Shown piece after piece: positions 62,107 through 64,000 of a DNA stretch of 64,000 nt. The position numbers and the translations under genes are program-made. The first letter of the stretch is position 1; each line of letters starts with the position of its first letter. The stretch lies in assembly GCF_001447785.1 (NCBI RefSeq), contig NW_015174925.1, positions 112,229 to 176,228 of the forward strand, read 5' to 3'. The stretch is from Gekko japonicus (lineage: Eukaryota). The notes beneath the pieces were generated by a model. That model saw only the letters and a list, made by a program, of their open reading frames with translations, did not search any database and was not told the origin of the DNA.

Positions 62107-64000
62107 TGGAAACCTGCAGAGAAACATGTCTAAATAAAAAATAAATTAAAACACTCTGGGATACTGTTAGCAGCACTTGCATACCACCTTTGGCAGTGAG
62201 GGCCCAATCCTTGACAACAGGGATCACACTGGCAAGACACCGTGTCTGCCTAAGTACTGACTGTGCTGTTCCTCCAAGGGATTGTTGCAAATGCAAAGAA
62301 TCCCCCTTCCTCTCCATCCCAGCGATGGGGATTGTGTTAGCTTTCTATGGCATGCAGATATTGAATCATAAGACAAAATAAGGTTGTATTTGACAAGAAA
62401 GAGAAAAAAAAGAAACCATTTCAATGGATGTGCTATAATTCTATAGATTTTTTTACCACGCCTTTAACAATACAAAGCTACAATGGAAACCTATTACGCT
62501 AACTATGTACGCACAGCAGATACTCCATTATGTGCCTCAAAAAGCCACTACGGTGTATGCTGAGAATGCATCTTAAGTAGAGATGATAATGCATAAGGGC
62601 CTGTATTTAATTCTTCTCCCTCATACTGAATAAAGGAGGTTCAGAATGCTACCTGAGAGCAGCCTCTTCAGCACTGCAGACCATTTACTATATAACTGTA
62701 TTTCTAATAGTTGGCAGCCATTCTCTTTTAACAATAAGTTGAGTTCTATGCACAAGTAAACAATGGAACGGTATGCTTTACCATGGCTACCTGGCATTTT
62801 TTTATTTTTAAACTCTGCATCTTTGTGGAGAAAGACTGTCATTACTGACCAGCTCTCCTATTTTACCAGCTTTGTATGCCACATGCTTCCCTCCAAGAAA
62901 TGGAAGAATTATTGCAATCTGAAATGCACTGGCACACCAATAGGCTCCATTAATGGGCTTTTGCAATAATTCGTCAAGATGTGCTCCATGGCTAGAAACT
63001 GCCCAACGAGATATACCTTCATCCCTTGTCCTATACATGCAATATTTTAAAATACGGAAGGCATTTTAGAAATTATTCTATACCTGCCCCTTGGATTTGT
63101 CCAATGCACAGGCAATGCCAAATGACAGTCCAATTGTAACTAGAGTCAATAGGCTCAGAGGCATGTAACTCTGTTTAGGATTGCACTGTCAGTCAACCAA
63201 AGAGAACATCAGGCACACACAGCCACCTCTACATAAATCATAAATATGAGTCCAAAAAGAAAAAAGGAGAAAATGATGACCAAGAGAACTGTTCAAAAGG
63301 CCAAGTGTAATCAATGGGTGTTCAATTAATTACTGGATTAGCAAAAGGCAAGAGAGCATGGCTACTCCCATGCTGAAGCCCTTGCCAGCTTTTAAAGCAA
63401 AACAGTGCAAGATCCCTCATGTTGATACTGACTATGCATCTCATTCCGGGTCTCCTCTCGAAGATGGAGCCTTGCATTCTGTACATGCCTGAATCCACAG
63501 CTGTTGTTGTTTTAAAAATGCTGTATACAAACATGATAGGCTCATTCTCTGGACAGAGAGAGAAATGCCCATGAAACCTCAGAGTCTTCATTAAGAACAA
63601 TTCCAGTGACTGTTAGCAAATTGATGCAAAAATAAGTGTTGCATCACTTTGGAGACTGAGTGGCTATATTCAAATGTATTACTAGAGGAACTAAGATCAT
63701 CAGCTACAGCATCCTGGAGTTTCTCATTCTCCAGTGTGATATAGGCAAACACGCATCAGTAATGTCCTTTTGCTCTTTACATAGGACAATCACTAAGCAA
63801 AAAAAAAAAAGGACATAAATCTGACATTAAAAATAGCAAAATTATGATACCCGTAGGAGAACATTTCAGCCTTCCAGGAGAAGTTGGATTAGATGGCAGT
63901 GCAGTGCAACTCTAAAGTGAGGCTCCAGCATGCAACTGCTGAAATTAGAATTCATCAAGGAATCTGATACCATCTACTGAGGACTTAAGATGGACCTTGG

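Overview
Vertebrate, repeat-rich, largely non-coding DNA from a squamate, most likely a gecko. This is inferred from Squam3-type SINEs with (TTC)n tails, Sauria SINEs, RTE-BovB and reptile-type CR1/L2/L1/Penelope elements. Five N gaps indicate a scaffolded assembly. No intact protein-coding gene can be identified with confidence. The only recognisable cellular gene sequence is a frameshifted ARF6 pseudogene (59654-60181, +), plus weak exon-like segments on the minus strand. The window is otherwise a layered stack of mobile DNA: about 12 Squam3-like SINEs, two long decayed L2 LINEs, L1 fragments, a BovB fragment hosting a 5S-rRNA-derived SINE, Penelope remnants with minimal hammerhead-ribozyme motifs, DIRS and probable Ngaro relics, three solo LTRs with TSDs and several hAT MITEs with 8-bp TSDs. 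Two patterns stand out. (1) Two TSD-flanked, RT-less, L1-like elements (56178-58284 + and 37344-40550 -) share terminal motifs and a short related helical ORF but little else; one landed inside a Penelope hammerhead motif. (2) A composite SINE-like family has a Sauria/tRNA head, a CpG-rich body with co-varying hairpins and an L2-type tail, and is seen in three diverged copies (5395-6057, 34806-35132, 44418-44637). All family assignments come from manual reading and motif recognition; no database search was run.
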